Positions 44,653 to 54,212 of a stretch of 64,000 bases of DNA are shown piece by piece. This stretch comes from Candidatus Methylomirabilota bacterium (GTDB lineage: Bacteria > Verrucomicrobiota > Verrucomicrobiia > Limisphaerales > SXQI01). A program made the position numbers and the translations under genes. The number at the start of each line of letters is the position of its first letter. Position 1 is the stretch's first letter. The DNA lies in NCBI GenBank assembly GCA_035627835.1, contig DASPKX010000113.1, forward strand, positions 41,358-105,357, written 5' to 3'. The notes under the pieces are model-generated. The model was not told the DNA's origin and made no database searches. It was given only the letters and a program-made list of their open reading frames with translations.

Positions 44653-47559
44653 CTAAGGCGCGAGCGCGGGAGCCTTTTTCAGGCGAAAGAATTCGGAAGG
44701 GAAAGCTTGGGATACCGGCACAGTCTTGATGAAGCCGAAGCCGCCTTCGGAAGGCGCTTGAGCGCTCGTTGTGAATGTTCCATCTGCGGTCACAGAGTGT
44801 TCTAGCACGTGATCTGCAGCTCCGCTGCTCCAGTAAATCACCTCCTCATCAGCATGGAGCCGGTGGGGAGCTTCGACTCCAGTTGCGTGGAAATTGTCGA
44901 TTGTGAATGCCAGGCCGTTCGTTGCTTCGCCTGTTAAGGCGCCAGACTTGAAGGAGATCACACCAACGTAGCCCTCATTAAACTGCGCGTCTGTGGAGCT
45001 TAATTCTGCCAGCAAAACTCTGTTCGGGCCTGCTTTCTGATGCAGGCTCCCCTTTAAGGTTGAGCCGATAACCTCGAAGCTCATGGTGTAGGTCTGATCA
45101 GGCCTAATTTCGCTGGCCGTCAATTTTTCGGAGACAAGCGTGATGACGCCGTTGCGAGTCTTCTTTGTGATACTGAACTCGAGCCCAGGCAGCGGCACGC
45201 CGCCACCCGCTTGGGTCGGCGGTTTTGGCGTCAACGTGAGCGCGTAGTATGTCGCCAGGTTGTGCGGGTGCATTTGGGCACGAGCCTGAAGAGCAACTGT
45301 GCTATCATGGCTCCCGCTGACCCAGCCCCAAACATCGGCCTGAACCTTCACGTCGCTGAAATTCTTGCGAAGCTGGGCTGAGCCGACCTCCGTCGGTAGA
45401 GCTTGCGGATTCGGAGAATTGGCCACAGCAAGCTTGTACACACCTGCTTCGACCTTGAACGAAGCTCCCACGCCGACGGCTGCAAGAGGCGACCAGTGCG
45501 TCCAACCATCGTCATTGCTATCGGAAAACTCATCCGAAAGCCGCGAGAGAGGCTGTCTTTCAAATACCTGAACTCCAATGTCTGTGAGGGTGAGGTGGAG
45601 GCGGTTCTGCGATGCGTGTGCCCAAAGGGGTTTTGTGCGTACAGGCAAGGATTGGATCCGCCGGGGGGTATCCGGAACGGAGATATCATAATTCAACAGC
45701 GTTGATCCGTTCTGAGTGCGGGTGAACAGTTCAGAGCCGCTGATCCCGAGAACCTCTGGATAGGGGAGTTCACCCACGGCTTTGGGAGAATCTGCATTCC
45801 TAAAATCAATGACCTTCAGCTGGTTGCCTCCAAGAAAAAGATAATCTTGGTAAACGTGGACGTTCATGACTGCAAACGTGGAGTCTGACGCAAAGGTTCC
45901 CTTAGGGACAGGGCTCTCAGGGTTCGAGATGTCCATTGCTGCGATGCTCACCCCCGGGTGCGCCCCTGCGCCAGATTCGCCGAAAGTCGCTATATAAGCA
46001 CGGTTCTTGGAGATGGTGAGCACACGGGGACGATGATCTCCGAGCGGAAAGGGCAGGTAGGCTGATCGAGTCGGATTCGCGGCATTCGTCAAGGAATAGA
46101 CATGAAACGCGCTTTGTCGTTGGGCGCCTGAATCTCTGGTTAAAAGGAACAGATGCTCACCCTGCGTTTCCAGAGCGGTTACGTTTCGGAGGCTAATGCT
46201 TCCAACTCGCGAAGGGCGGGCCGGATCGGCGACGTCGTAGATGGACACTCCGTTCTGGGTGGGCAGATAAACGAAAGCATTTCGAAGCCGCGGCGCGGCA
46301 TAGTTCGCAGGAAGTGTGGCGAGCAGCTTCGGCTGGGTAGCCTTTGCATAATCGTAAATGCGGTTCATCCCGTCCCGCTCTTGAACGTATATGTGGTCGC
46401 CCTGAACGCCCCAAGCAATTCCTCGGGTAGGTTTCGAAGGAAATGGAACAACGCTTTTCAGCAGACCTGGCTTCAATGGATCTACCAGGTTGAAATGGCT
46501 GAGACTTTGAGAACCCGCTGGCAGAGTGGGAACGGTCGCGTAACCAGTTTTGCTGTGGAACGCTTGAAAGAAAATCGTCGATGGCAGGCGACCCAATGCA
46601 CGTGGAGCTGCCAGATCTGAAATATCGAACACCAGGTATGCCTCGTACAAAAAGTTGCCGAAGAACTTCATCCAGGCATAACCCGGGGTGGCAAAGAATC
46701 CGACTTGCACGGGAGCGCCAGACTCGGTCAGTTGATACAGAAAGTTTTGTCCCTGCGGATTTACGATGTTGGCGGTATCGCTCAGCGGAATGTTGACCGC
46801 TAGTCGATCCCCCGACACAGCAGCCGCCGCAACCTTCCCTTCCCAACGGTGTGTTACCCTCGGCGTTTCGGGGACAGAGAGATCAAGGAGTCTGAGATCC
46901 TGCCAGAAGTTATGGAGGAGCAGGTATCGATCTGTGGCAAATTCACTGCGGATTAAAGCCCCCGGGCCGCTGATTTTCGCGTCCAGGAGGACAATTGTGC
47001 CTCCGGCATCAATCCGTGCGACACGAAAATCTCCGGCAGCATCGTTGAAGTAGAGGAAATTCCCTCTTTTGTGCAGGTAGATGGCGGTTGTCGGCCAGGT
47101 CGTGGCTTTCAATTTGGACGCATCAATTGCCAGCGAAGCTATCCTCCTCGGCTGCGCTGTCTTCGAAATATCGTAAATCTCGACAGCCTCGCTTGTGCGC
47201 ACGAAGGCACTCGTTCCCTCAAATAGGATGTCCCGAACATCCGCTGTCGGCAGGGTCGCTCGGGTTTCAAGCGTTGTGCGGTCCAGGACGGCTATTGAGT
47301 GCGGTCCATGCACATACAGAGTTTCACCATCGAGTTGCACAGCACTGGGTTCCTCGTAGGGATCACTCAGGGCGGTGAGTTCGGTGTGTAAGTAGAATCC
47401 GTCGAAATTCGCCGCGCGCTCCGTGTGAAATGCTTCTGCGCCAACATTGGCGCCGCTGCTAATCAGCAAGGATGTCCAAAGGATGAATACTCCCAAGGCG
47501 GTCTTCCAAAACCGCAAAATAATGGCTGGAACGACACTGCGCTTTAGCGAAAATGACAT
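44653..47559 (-). CDS. secreted LVIVD-repeat beta-propeller protein with C-terminal LamG/DUF1080-like jelly-roll domain
   Basis: 968 aa with a signal/anchor. Repeated '...yvad...gl.i.Dis.p..P..vg' units ('VFDISDLAAPRALG', 'IYDVADPARPSRVG', 'AAMDISNPESPVPKG'). C-terminal lectin-like region. Confidence 0.7.
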   Translation of the reverse strand: MSFSLKRSVVPAIILRFWKTALGVFILWTSLLISSGANVGAEAFHTERAANFDGFYLHTELTALSDPYEEPSAVQLDGETLYVHGPHSIAVLDRTTLETRATLPTADVRDILFEGTSAFVRTSEAVEIYDISKTAQPRRIASLAIDASKLKATTWPTTAIYLHKRGNFLYFNDAAGDFRVARIDAGGTIVLLDAKISGPGALIRSEFATDRYLLLHNFWQDLRLLDLSVPETPRVTHRWEGKVAAAAVSGDRLAVNIPLSDTANIVNPQGQNFLYQLTESGAPVQVGFFATPGYAWMKFFGNFLYEAYLVFDISDLAAPRALGRLPSTIFFQAFHSKTGYATVPTLPAGSQSLSHFNLVDPLKPGLLKSVVPFPSKPTRGIAWGVQGDHIYVQERDGMNRIYDYAKATQPKLLATLPANYAAPRLRNAFVYLPTQNGVSIYDVADPARPSRVGSISLRNVTALETQGEHLFLLTRDSGAQRQSAFHVYSLTNAANPTRSAYLPFPLGDHRPRVLTISKNRAYIATFGESGAGAHPGVSIAAMDISNPESPVPKGTFASDSTFAVMNVHVYQDYLFLGGNQLKVIDFRNADSPKAVGELPYPEVLGISGSELFTRTQNGSTLLNYDISVPDTPRRIQSLPVRTKPLWAHASQNRLHLTLTDIGVQVFERQPLSRLSDEFSDSNDDGWTHWSPLAAVGVGASFKVEAGVYKLAVANSPNPQALPTEVGSAQLRKNFSDVKVQADVWGWVSGSHDSTVALQARAQMHPHNLATYYALTLTPKPPTQAGGGVPLPGLEFSITKKTRNGVITLVSEKLTASEIRPDQTYTMSFEVIGSTLKGSLHQKAGPNRVLLAELSSTDAQFNEGYVGVISFKSGALTGEATNGLAFTIDNFHATGVEAPHRLHADEEVIYWSSGAADHVLEHSVTADGTFTTSAQAPSEGGFGFIKTVPVSQAFPSEFFRLKKAPALAP

Positions 47560-47694
47560 GAGCTAATTCTGCTTACCAGCTCACTCGTGCCGCGGCTATT
47601 CAAAAGTGGCGCATTCAAGTTCTGCTTCTTTAAAGATGTGAGCACTTAAGAGCAACGAGCCGCTGATCTGAAGTGGCATTCAATTTAAGCGCAC

Positions 47695-48357
47695 TCAATT
47701 TCCCGACCACGAGTAATCGTAACCTGCCGGGGGCTCGTAGTTTCTTGGTTCGGACCAGAGTTGGCCGTCCCAGTAAATTTTGGTGAGGCTGACGTGGCCG
47801 TCCACGAAGCCGAGGAGGTTTTTGGCATCGGCGTGGCGTGATGGCTTGAACGGATGCCAGGAGCCGCCGAAGAAGGCGGGCTTTTCACCCACTAAAACCG
47901 CGCGAGAGGGTGATGGAATCGAAGAGGCGGGGCGGCCAGTGATCCTCGGCAGGGAGCCTTCGGAGACTTCGTAGCCGTTAAAGGTGTAGCTGGTGAAGGC
48001 GTGCATGACGTCTTTGATGACCAGCTGGTCGGCGGGGCAGGCGAAAACGGTTTTGCCTGGGGGCGCAGAGTTGGCGCTTCGGACGTATGGCTGGATCAAT
48101 TCTTTGTAGTAGGCGCCCACTCCGTTTGGGTAAGGATTCGGGTTGGGCAGGACAGGCCAGGAGCCGGAGAAGTCATCGGCATACAGCAGAAGGGCGAGGG
48201 TGACCTGGCGCAGGTTGTTCGAGCAGGTTGCACGCTCTGCTTTTAGCTTGGCGCGGCTGACTGCCGGGAAGAGCAGGGCAGCGAGAATGCTAACGATGGC
48301 GATAACGGTCAGCAGCTCGATGAGAGTGAAGGCCTCGCGATTTGTTGGTTTGCGCAT
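47695..48357 (-). CDS. prepilin-type N-terminal cleavage/methylation protein, DUF1559 (H-X9-DG)-like
   Basis: 220 aa. '[23 protein letters not shown]' class III signal sequence. C-terminal '[10 protein letters not shown]'. Confidence 0.88.
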   Translation of the reverse strand: MRKPTNREAFTLIELLTVIAIVSILAALLFPAVSRAKLKAERATCSNNLRQVTLALLLYADDFSGSWPVLPNPNPYPNGVGAYYKELIQPYVRSANSAPPGKTVFACPADQLVIKDVMHAFTSYTFNGYEVSEGSLPRITGRPASSIPSPSRAVLVGEKPAFFGGSWHPFKPSRHADAKNLLGFVDGHVSLTKIYWDGQLWSEPRNYEPPAGYDYSWSGN

Positions 48358-48411
48358 AGGTTGCAGAAGCCCTCGCGCACGAGGATGCGCAAGGGTGTTC
48401 AGTCAAGGTTC

Positions 48412-49581
48412 TTAGCGGCGATCGCCGTGATATTTCCAGGTTTGGCCGACCTTTTTCATCACGAGCACGAGCTGCCCAGCTTTGCCTTGCAGGCCGTCGG
48501 CTCCAGCAGGCATTTCCATGCGGAGATGCACTTCGTCCGTGCCGTTGGTCTCACGCGCAACCAGCTTGGCTTTGGCAAACATCGCGGCCTGGCGTTGCGC
48601 TTCAGCTTTAAGTTCTTCCTCCGGTTTTCCGAGGTTGCGCATACGGAATTGCTCGGCTTTTTCGGGTGTGCAGCCTTCGGCGAATTTCTCCGTGTCAGCC
48701 GCTTGCAAAGCAGCCACCAGGCTTTTCAATGTTGCTTCAGGGGTGCCGTAGGCAGCAGCGACTGATTGAGTGGTCTTTGTGGAGGGAGCGGTAGTTTTTT
48801 GGGAGATCACCGTCACGGTTCCAACGGTGAGGAGGGCAGCAACGCCAATAATCCCAGCGGTTTTAACTTTGGTCCAAGCCATATATTGCAGTGTTTCTTT
48901 GATTACGAGGAGGGTTGATGAACTGAGTGTGCTTGCGTTGAGGGCTGCGGCGGCGGTAGCAGCAGCCAGACCGACTGGCGCTGCTTGAACTGAATGCGCG
49001 GAGATGGCTCCGCCGATCACGACGGCGGAAAGGGAAATGCCTTTCCTGCCGAAGTAACCACGGAGCTTCTCCAACGCCCGCTGCACCCGCATTTTTGCTC
49101 CGGCTTCAGACGTGCCGAGCGCGCTGCTCACCTCGCGAAAACTCCGGCCCTGGCAGAACCGCAACACGAGTGCGTCATGGTCCTGCCGACCGAGTTGGCT
49201 TAAAGCGTTGTCCAGGTCGCCTTCGATCATTTGCCACGCATTATCCGTCTCGTCATCGGAGCCGCTGGAGGAGGATTCGAGGAAGGAGAGATGTTCCCGG
49301 TGCAAACGTCTTTGACGCATTGTCAATGCTTTGGAAGAGGTGAACCGCGCGGTGCGGCAGAGCCAACCCGCGAGGATGGTGTCTGAACCCAGTGAGCTGG
49401 CTTTGCGCGCCAAAATGACGAACACCGATTGCGCGACCTCTTGAGCGAGGTGTGGATCGCGCACCTGGCGCAGGGCCACGGAATAAACCATGTCCATGTG
49501 CCGGTTGACCAAAGTCGCGAAGGCTTCTTCGGACTGGTCGCGCGTCCAGCGGCGCAGCAGGTCGATGTCACTAACCGTCAT
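48412..49581 (-). CDS. ECF-type sigma-70 factor fused to TM segment(s) and a C-terminal NTF2/SnoaL-like domain
   Basis: 389 aa. Region 2 ('AGWLCRTARFTSSKALTMRQRR') and region 4 ('ALVLRFCQGRSFREVSSALGTSEAGAKMRVQRALEKL'), then hydrophobic helices and a roughly 130-aa extracytoplasmic domain. Confidence 0.8.
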   Translation of the reverse strand: MTVSDIDLLRRWTRDQSEEAFATLVNRHMDMVYSVALRQVRDPHLAQEVAQSVFVILARKASSLGSDTILAGWLCRTARFTSSKALTMRQRRLHREHLSFLESSSSGSDDETDNAWQMIEGDLDNALSQLGRQDHDALVLRFCQGRSFREVSSALGTSEAGAKMRVQRALEKLRGYFGRKGISLSAVVIGGAISAHSVQAAPVGLAAATAAAALNASTLSSSTLLVIKETLQYMAWTKVKTAGIIGVAALLTVGTVTVISQKTTAPSTKTTQSVAAAYGTPEATLKSLVAALQAADTEKFAEGCTPEKAEQFRMRNLGKPEEELKAEAQRQAAMFAKAKLVARETNGTDEVHLRMEMPAGADGLQGKAGQLVLVMKKVGQTWKYHGDRR

Positions 49582-49764
49582 TCACCAATTAATCCCCGCC
49601 GAAGGGAAAAAGTAACATCCTGCATTTCAGGGCGTGAGCTGCCGGCTGGAACGGCTTCAAAAAGCGAGCCTTGGTCCATTCCCATACGCGCGATTCAGCG
49701 GTAAATAGGTGCAGCTGCATCGTCTGGAGGGCGCTGCGGATGCGGGGTTCCGAGGTGTGGCAGC

Positions 49765-51078
49765 ATGAGCTTTGAATTGGGGTACTTTTTGGTGGGCGTT
49801 CTGCTCATCTGCGTTGCTGGCGTCGCGGCGCGGGTTAAGAGGCTGCCGCTGACGGAAACGATGATTTACTTCGGCGCTGGCGTAGCCATTGGCCCAATCG
49901 GGTTCGGAGCTGTCTCGGTGGACGCTCAGGGGCATGCAAAACTACTGGAGCGCCTTACCGAGGCTGGCGTCCTGCTCTCACTTTTTACGGCTGGGTTGAA
50001 ACTTCGCGTGCCGTTTAAAAGGGGCAGGTGGAAGACTCCGCTCCGGCTGGCGTTCCTCTCAATGGCAATCACCGTCGGCCTTATCGCGCTCGCAGGCATA
50101 TGGCTCTTCGGTTTCTCCCTGGGCGCCGCCATTTTGTTGGGCGCGATCTTGTCTCCCACCGATCCGGTGCTGGCGTCCGAGGTCCAGTTGGAGGATGCGC
50201 ATGACCAGGATCGACTCCGCTTCTCGCTGACAGGTGAGGCCGGGTTGAACGATGGAACGGCCTTCCCGTTCGTTATGCTGGGCCTCGGCCTTTTGGGGCT
50301 TCATGAGCTTGGCGACTGGGGATGGCGGTGGTGGGCGGTTGATGTGGTGTGGGCGGTTGCAGCGGGGCTGGGCGTCGGAGCATTGTTGGGGACGCTCACT
50401 GCGCGGCTGGTGCTTTGGCTGAGGCGGGAGCATAAAGAGGGGCTCGGGCGTGACGAATTCATCGCGCTTGGCCTCATCGGTCTTTCATACGGCTCGGCGC
50501 TGCTTCTTCACGCGTATGGGTTCCTGGCGGTCTTTGCCGCGGGTCTTGCTTTGAGAACCATTGAGCGGAAACATTCCGGCGACGCACCCCCGGAGCAGGT
50601 CCGCGCGATGGAGCAGGCGGTGACGGACGAGGAAGTGGCTCTCGATCCGCACCATGGCCCCGCGCATATGGCAGGGGCAGTGCTAAACTTCAACGAGCAG
50701 GTGGAGCGTGTTCTCGAAGTGGCGCTTGTCGTCACTGTCGGCGCGGCTCTTTCGCGGGAGTGCTTGCGGCTCGATATACTTGCGTTGATTGCCATTCTAT
50801 TCTTCGCCGTTCGCCCGATTGCGGTGCTTGTGGGATTGATTGGTTGCAAAGCTGAAGCGAGCGAGCGGGCCCTCCTCTCCTGGTTTGGGATTCGGGGGAT
50901 CGGATCTGTGTATTATCTAATGTATGCCGTTAGCCACGGCCTTTCGCCGGCCTTAAGTCACGAGCTTATCTCGATCACCTTATCGGTGGTGGCGGTTTCA
51001 ATCGTCGCCCATGGCATTACGGTCACGCCGCTGATGGCCTGGTATCGGCGACGCTCGCCCGCCGAGAAACCAGCCTGA
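49765..51078 (+). CDS. cation:proton antiporter (CPA1 Na+/H+ exchanger family)
   Basis: 437 aa, polytopic. 'SPTDPVLAS' and 'GEAGLNDGTAFPF' are canonical CPA1 motifs. Confidence 0.9.
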   Translation: MSFELGYFLVGVLLICVAGVAARVKRLPLTETMIYFGAGVAIGPIGFGAVSVDAQGHAKLLERLTEAGVLLSLFTAGLKLRVPFKRGRWKTPLRLAFLSMAITVGLIALAGIWLFGFSLGAAILLGAILSPTDPVLASEVQLEDAHDQDRLRFSLTGEAGLNDGTAFPFVMLGLGLLGLHELGDWGWRWWAVDVVWAVAAGLGVGALLGTLTARLVLWLRREHKEGLGRDEFIALGLIGLSYGSALLLHAYGFLAVFAAGLALRTIERKHSGDAPPEQVRAMEQAVTDEEVALDPHHGPAHMAGAVLNFNEQVERVLEVALVVTVGAALSRECLRLDILALIAILFFAVRPIAVLVGLIGCKAEASERALLSWFGIRGIGSVYYLMYAVSHGLSPALSHELISITLSVVAVSIVAHGITVTPLMAWYRRRSPAEKPA

Positions 51079-51202
51079 CTGAAGGCATTTCGGATACGCG
51101 CGGCGGGAGCCGCAATTTTCTTCTCTTTTTCTGCAACCGGGAGGATATGCTGTGGGTAATGTCTATCGTAAGCGGGCTTTGGCTCGCCTCGAAGCAACCG
51201 AT

Positions 51203-51889
51203 ATGAACTTACTTTCAAAGCGCGCCCGGGGATTCACGCTCATCGAGCTGCTGGTCGTTATTGGGATCATTGGGATTCTCGCCAGCATGCTGATGCCGTC
51301 ATTGGTGCGGGCAAAGGCCAAGGCCAATAGCATCAAGTGCTTGAACAACGTGCGGCAGCTCAACCTCGCGGCGATGATGTATGCGCATGATCACGACGAC
51401 GAATATCCGCGGCGGGCGCATATGACCAATTCCTGGTTGTTCTCCCTGGAGCCATACTTCACGGACAAGAAAGTCATCAAGTGCCCGAGCGACTGGTCTT
51501 TGACCATTTGGTGGAGCTACATGATTAACGGCTTTAACGATCATTGGGCCAAGACCCTGTCGAACACCGAATACAAATTGATGACCAACTGGAGCTATAA
51601 CCACGGAATGCGCGCCAGCGCGGTGCCATTGCCTTCGGACACTGTGCTTTTCGGTGAGAAGCGCTCCGGGTCGCCGCACGTGCATATGGATTTCGGGCAG
51701 GGAGCGGGGAATGACAAAGAGGAGTTGAACCATAACGCGCACCGGAGTGGATCGAACTTCGCGTTCGTGGATGGAAGCGTTCGCCAGTTGCGGGTTTATG
51801 GCTCGATCAAGCCTGTGAACCTTTGGGCGGTCACCGACGAGTGGCGGAACGCGCCTGTGGAAATCACGCCGCAGCCGCCGCAGAACTAA
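51203..51889 (+). CDS. prepilin-type N-terminal cleavage/methylation protein, DUF1559 (H-X9-DG)-like
   Basis: Start set at the ATG at 51203. 'GFTLIELLVVIGIIGILASMLMP'. C-terminal 'NFAFVDGSV'. Paralogous in pattern to 47695..48357. Confidence 0.88.
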   Translation: MNLLSKRARGFTLIELLVVIGIIGILASMLMPSLVRAKAKANSIKCLNNVRQLNLAAMMYAHDHDDEYPRRAHMTNSWLFSLEPYFTDKKVIKCPSDWSLTIWWSYMINGFNDHWAKTLSNTEYKLMTNWSYNHGMRASAVPLPSDTVLFGEKRSGSPHVHMDFGQGAGNDKEELNHNAHRSGSNFAFVDGSVRQLRVYGSIKPVNLWAVTDEWRNAPVEITPQPPQN

Positions 51890-51894
51890 ACCTC

Positions 51895-54129
51895 ATGGAA
51901 GCCCCTCCCCCACTTTTTGTTGCCCGGACGATCCGGGATTTTCGCCGGGACCGCGCTTACGCTCCCGGCGGAGCTGTGTACGAGCAGACCGTCCAGTCGC
52001 ACTTGCCGTTGGTCCACGGCGTGATCGCGCGGCTGCTGGAAGATTGCCCGGCGGCCCTGGAAGAGGCTGTGCTGAGCATGTTCCAAACTTTCGCCGCACG
52101 TTGGAAAAAGCTGCCGCGCAAGACGGTCATTGCCTCCTGGCTGCTAAGAACGTGCGGGCTCGCGGCTGCAAACGCGAGAAAACGGCACAAAGCGCCGCCG
52201 ATCCGCCGAGGCTCAGGCCCGGGACTGACTTTGCGCGCGCTGCATCTGCTTGAAGGGCGGTTGAATGACAAGATGCGTGGCGCAGCGCTGCTGACAGTTG
52301 CTCTAGCGGATAGCGCGGAAAGCGCGGGTGAGAGGCTGGGACTAAAACCAGCAGCGGTGGAGCGCTTGCGGGATAAAGCGTTAGCCAAGCTGCAGAAGCT
52401 CTTCCGCAAGTACAGCGTGGCAGAGGATGCGGCTGCTTATCTGGCAGCCCTGCCGGTTTCACCGAGCGCGGATCTTGAGTTCGCCGTCTTGCAGGAGGCT
52501 CGGCAATGGACTCCAAAGGCGGAGCGGAGTGTGCTGGCGCGGCGCACGATCGGAAGCTGGCGATGGATCGGGGTCCGGCGGTTCTTTGCCGGGGTTCTGA
52601 AAGGGCTTGGCGTGACGGTATGCCTGCTGGTGGCGTTGGGGTTCACGTTTAAGTATCTGGCGGAGAACGGACATTTAACTGGGTTTTTCGTCCGGCGCGA
52701 AGGGCAGGAGTTGGCCAAGCGGCATCCGCGCCTGCTGGAACCCGCCAAAGCATTTCCCGCCACTGAGGCTGACAAGGCGCTTGTTCGCGCGTCGGAGCCT
52801 CGCAATTCGGCTGACCTTTACACCCTCACAAACATTTACACCGCCAAGCTAACCTTCACGAAAGAGCAGTGGGAGGCAATCGAGCCCAAGGGAATTCCGG
52901 GCGCAAAGATGCATCAGAATGGCCGTCTCCACCTCATCAATCCCAATGCGAAGCGGAACGGTTTGATCGGGATGGTCGGGCTCGAATATGACTGGACGAC
53001 CGCGCAATTGGAATTTGCCGGGCGAAATTTCACGAATGTTGGCGTGCGTTACCGCGGGAACGGCACATACCTTAACTCGCAATACACTCCGAAGCGCTCT
53101 TTTAAAGTCGATCTGAACAAGGAAACGAAAGGGCAGAAGGTCGCGGGCATCGACGAGCTTAACTTCCTCAACTGCATCGTCGATTTTTCATATCTGCATG
53201 ACGCCCTGGCGGAGCAACTGTTCCGCGACCTGGGTGTGCCCGCCCCCAGAACCGCCTATGCGTACGTGACGGTCGATGCTCCGCCCAAACATCAGAATCA
53301 ACCGTTTGGTTTGTACGTGATGGTGGAAAATATTGATGGTGATTTTGCCAAGGATCGATTCGGGTCCAAGAAGACACCGATCTTCAAGCCTGTCACCTAT
53401 GACCTCTTCAAGGACCTCGGCTCGGAGTGGAAGCAGTACGACCGCATTTACGACCTGAAAACCGAGGCAACACCGGCGCAGCTCCAGCGAGTGATCGACT
53501 TTGCCAAATTGGTCAGCCACGGGAGCGATGAGGAATTCGAAAAGCGGTTCGCCGAGTTTGTCGATGTGGAGGAATTCGCCGCATTCCTGGCGGGGAACGT
53601 GCTGATCTCGGCTTACGACAGCTTCCTTTCGATGGGCCAGAATTACTACATGTATCTAGGTCCGGATAATCGCTTCGGCTTCATTTCCTGGGACCACGAT
53701 CATTCCTGGGGCGAATTCGGTTATGTGGGCACCATTCAGAAGCGGGAGCAAGCCAGCATCTGGAAGCCTTACACGTACAATCATCACTTCCTGAAACGCG
53801 CGCTGAAGGTGGAGAAATTCCGAGCGGCGTATAAAGCCAAGCTCGAGCATGCGATGGAACATGTGTTCGTGCCGGAACGGCTGAACCGCCAGATTGACCA
53901 GTTCGCTGCGGTGATACGCCCGGCTGTCGCGGCGGAAAACCCTGTGCGGCTGGAGCGTTTCGAAAAGTGCGTCAGCTCGGAGTTGGACCCGATCAGCGAC
54001 CATGGTCCCGCTGAAGGTCCAGACAAGCCGCCGCACCAATTGAAACGGTTCGTGCAGAAGCGATGGGAGTCGGTTCGGGAGCAGCTCGACGGGAAGTCTG
54101 AAGGGGTTGTGCTGAACCGCGACCGCTGA
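51895..54129 (+). CDS. ECF-sigma-like N-terminal domain / TM helix / extracytoplasmic CotH kinase-like domain fusion
   Basis: Start set at the ATG at 51895 (744 aa). Sigma region 2-like 'SWLLRTCGLAAANARKRH' and region 4-like 'AGERLGLKPAAVERLRDKALAKLQ'. TM 'FFAGVLKGLGVTVCLLVALGFTF'. CotH motifs 'VRYRGNGTY', 'KRSFKVDLNK', 'QNYYMYLGPDNRFGFISWDHDHSWG'. Confidence 0.75.
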   Translation: MEAPPPLFVARTIRDFRRDRAYAPGGAVYEQTVQSHLPLVHGVIARLLEDCPAALEEAVLSMFQTFAARWKKLPRKTVIASWLLRTCGLAAANARKRHKAPPIRRGSGPGLTLRALHLLEGRLNDKMRGAALLTVALADSAESAGERLGLKPAAVERLRDKALAKLQKLFRKYSVAEDAAAYLAALPVSPSADLEFAVLQEARQWTPKAERSVLARRTIGSWRWIGVRRFFAGVLKGLGVTVCLLVALGFTFKYLAENGHLTGFFVRREGQELAKRHPRLLEPAKAFPATEADKALVRASEPRNSADLYTLTNIYTAKLTFTKEQWEAIEPKGIPGAKMHQNGRLHLINPNAKRNGLIGMVGLEYDWTTAQLEFAGRNFTNVGVRYRGNGTYLNSQYTPKRSFKVDLNKETKGQKVAGIDELNFLNCIVDFSYLHDALAEQLFRDLGVPAPRTAYAYVTVDAPPKHQNQPFGLYVMVENIDGDFAKDRFGSKKTPIFKPVTYDLFKDLGSEWKQYDRIYDLKTEATPAQLQRVIDFAKLVSHGSDEEFEKRFAEFVDVEEFAAFLAGNVLISAYDSFLSMGQNYYMYLGPDNRFGFISWDHDHSWGEFGYVGTIQKREQASIWKPYTYNHHFLKRALKVEKFRAAYKAKLEHAMEHVFVPERLNRQIDQFAAVIRPAVAAENPVRLERFEKCVSSELDPISDHGPAEGPDKPPHQLKRFVQKRWESVREQLDGKSEGVVLNRDR

Positions 54130-54212
54130 TTTACCCGGCCGCCTGCGTCGGCACACCTGTGGCCGTTGCGCATTAAGCCGCGCTCGCGTAGTAATGTAGC
54201 GAGCCCGGAGGA

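Noticed and set aside
44653-47559. Possible horizontal acquisition of the LVIVD gene, based on an impression of lower GC.
   Set aside because: A hand count of a 120-nt sample gave about 57% GC, which is not clearly different from the surroundings.
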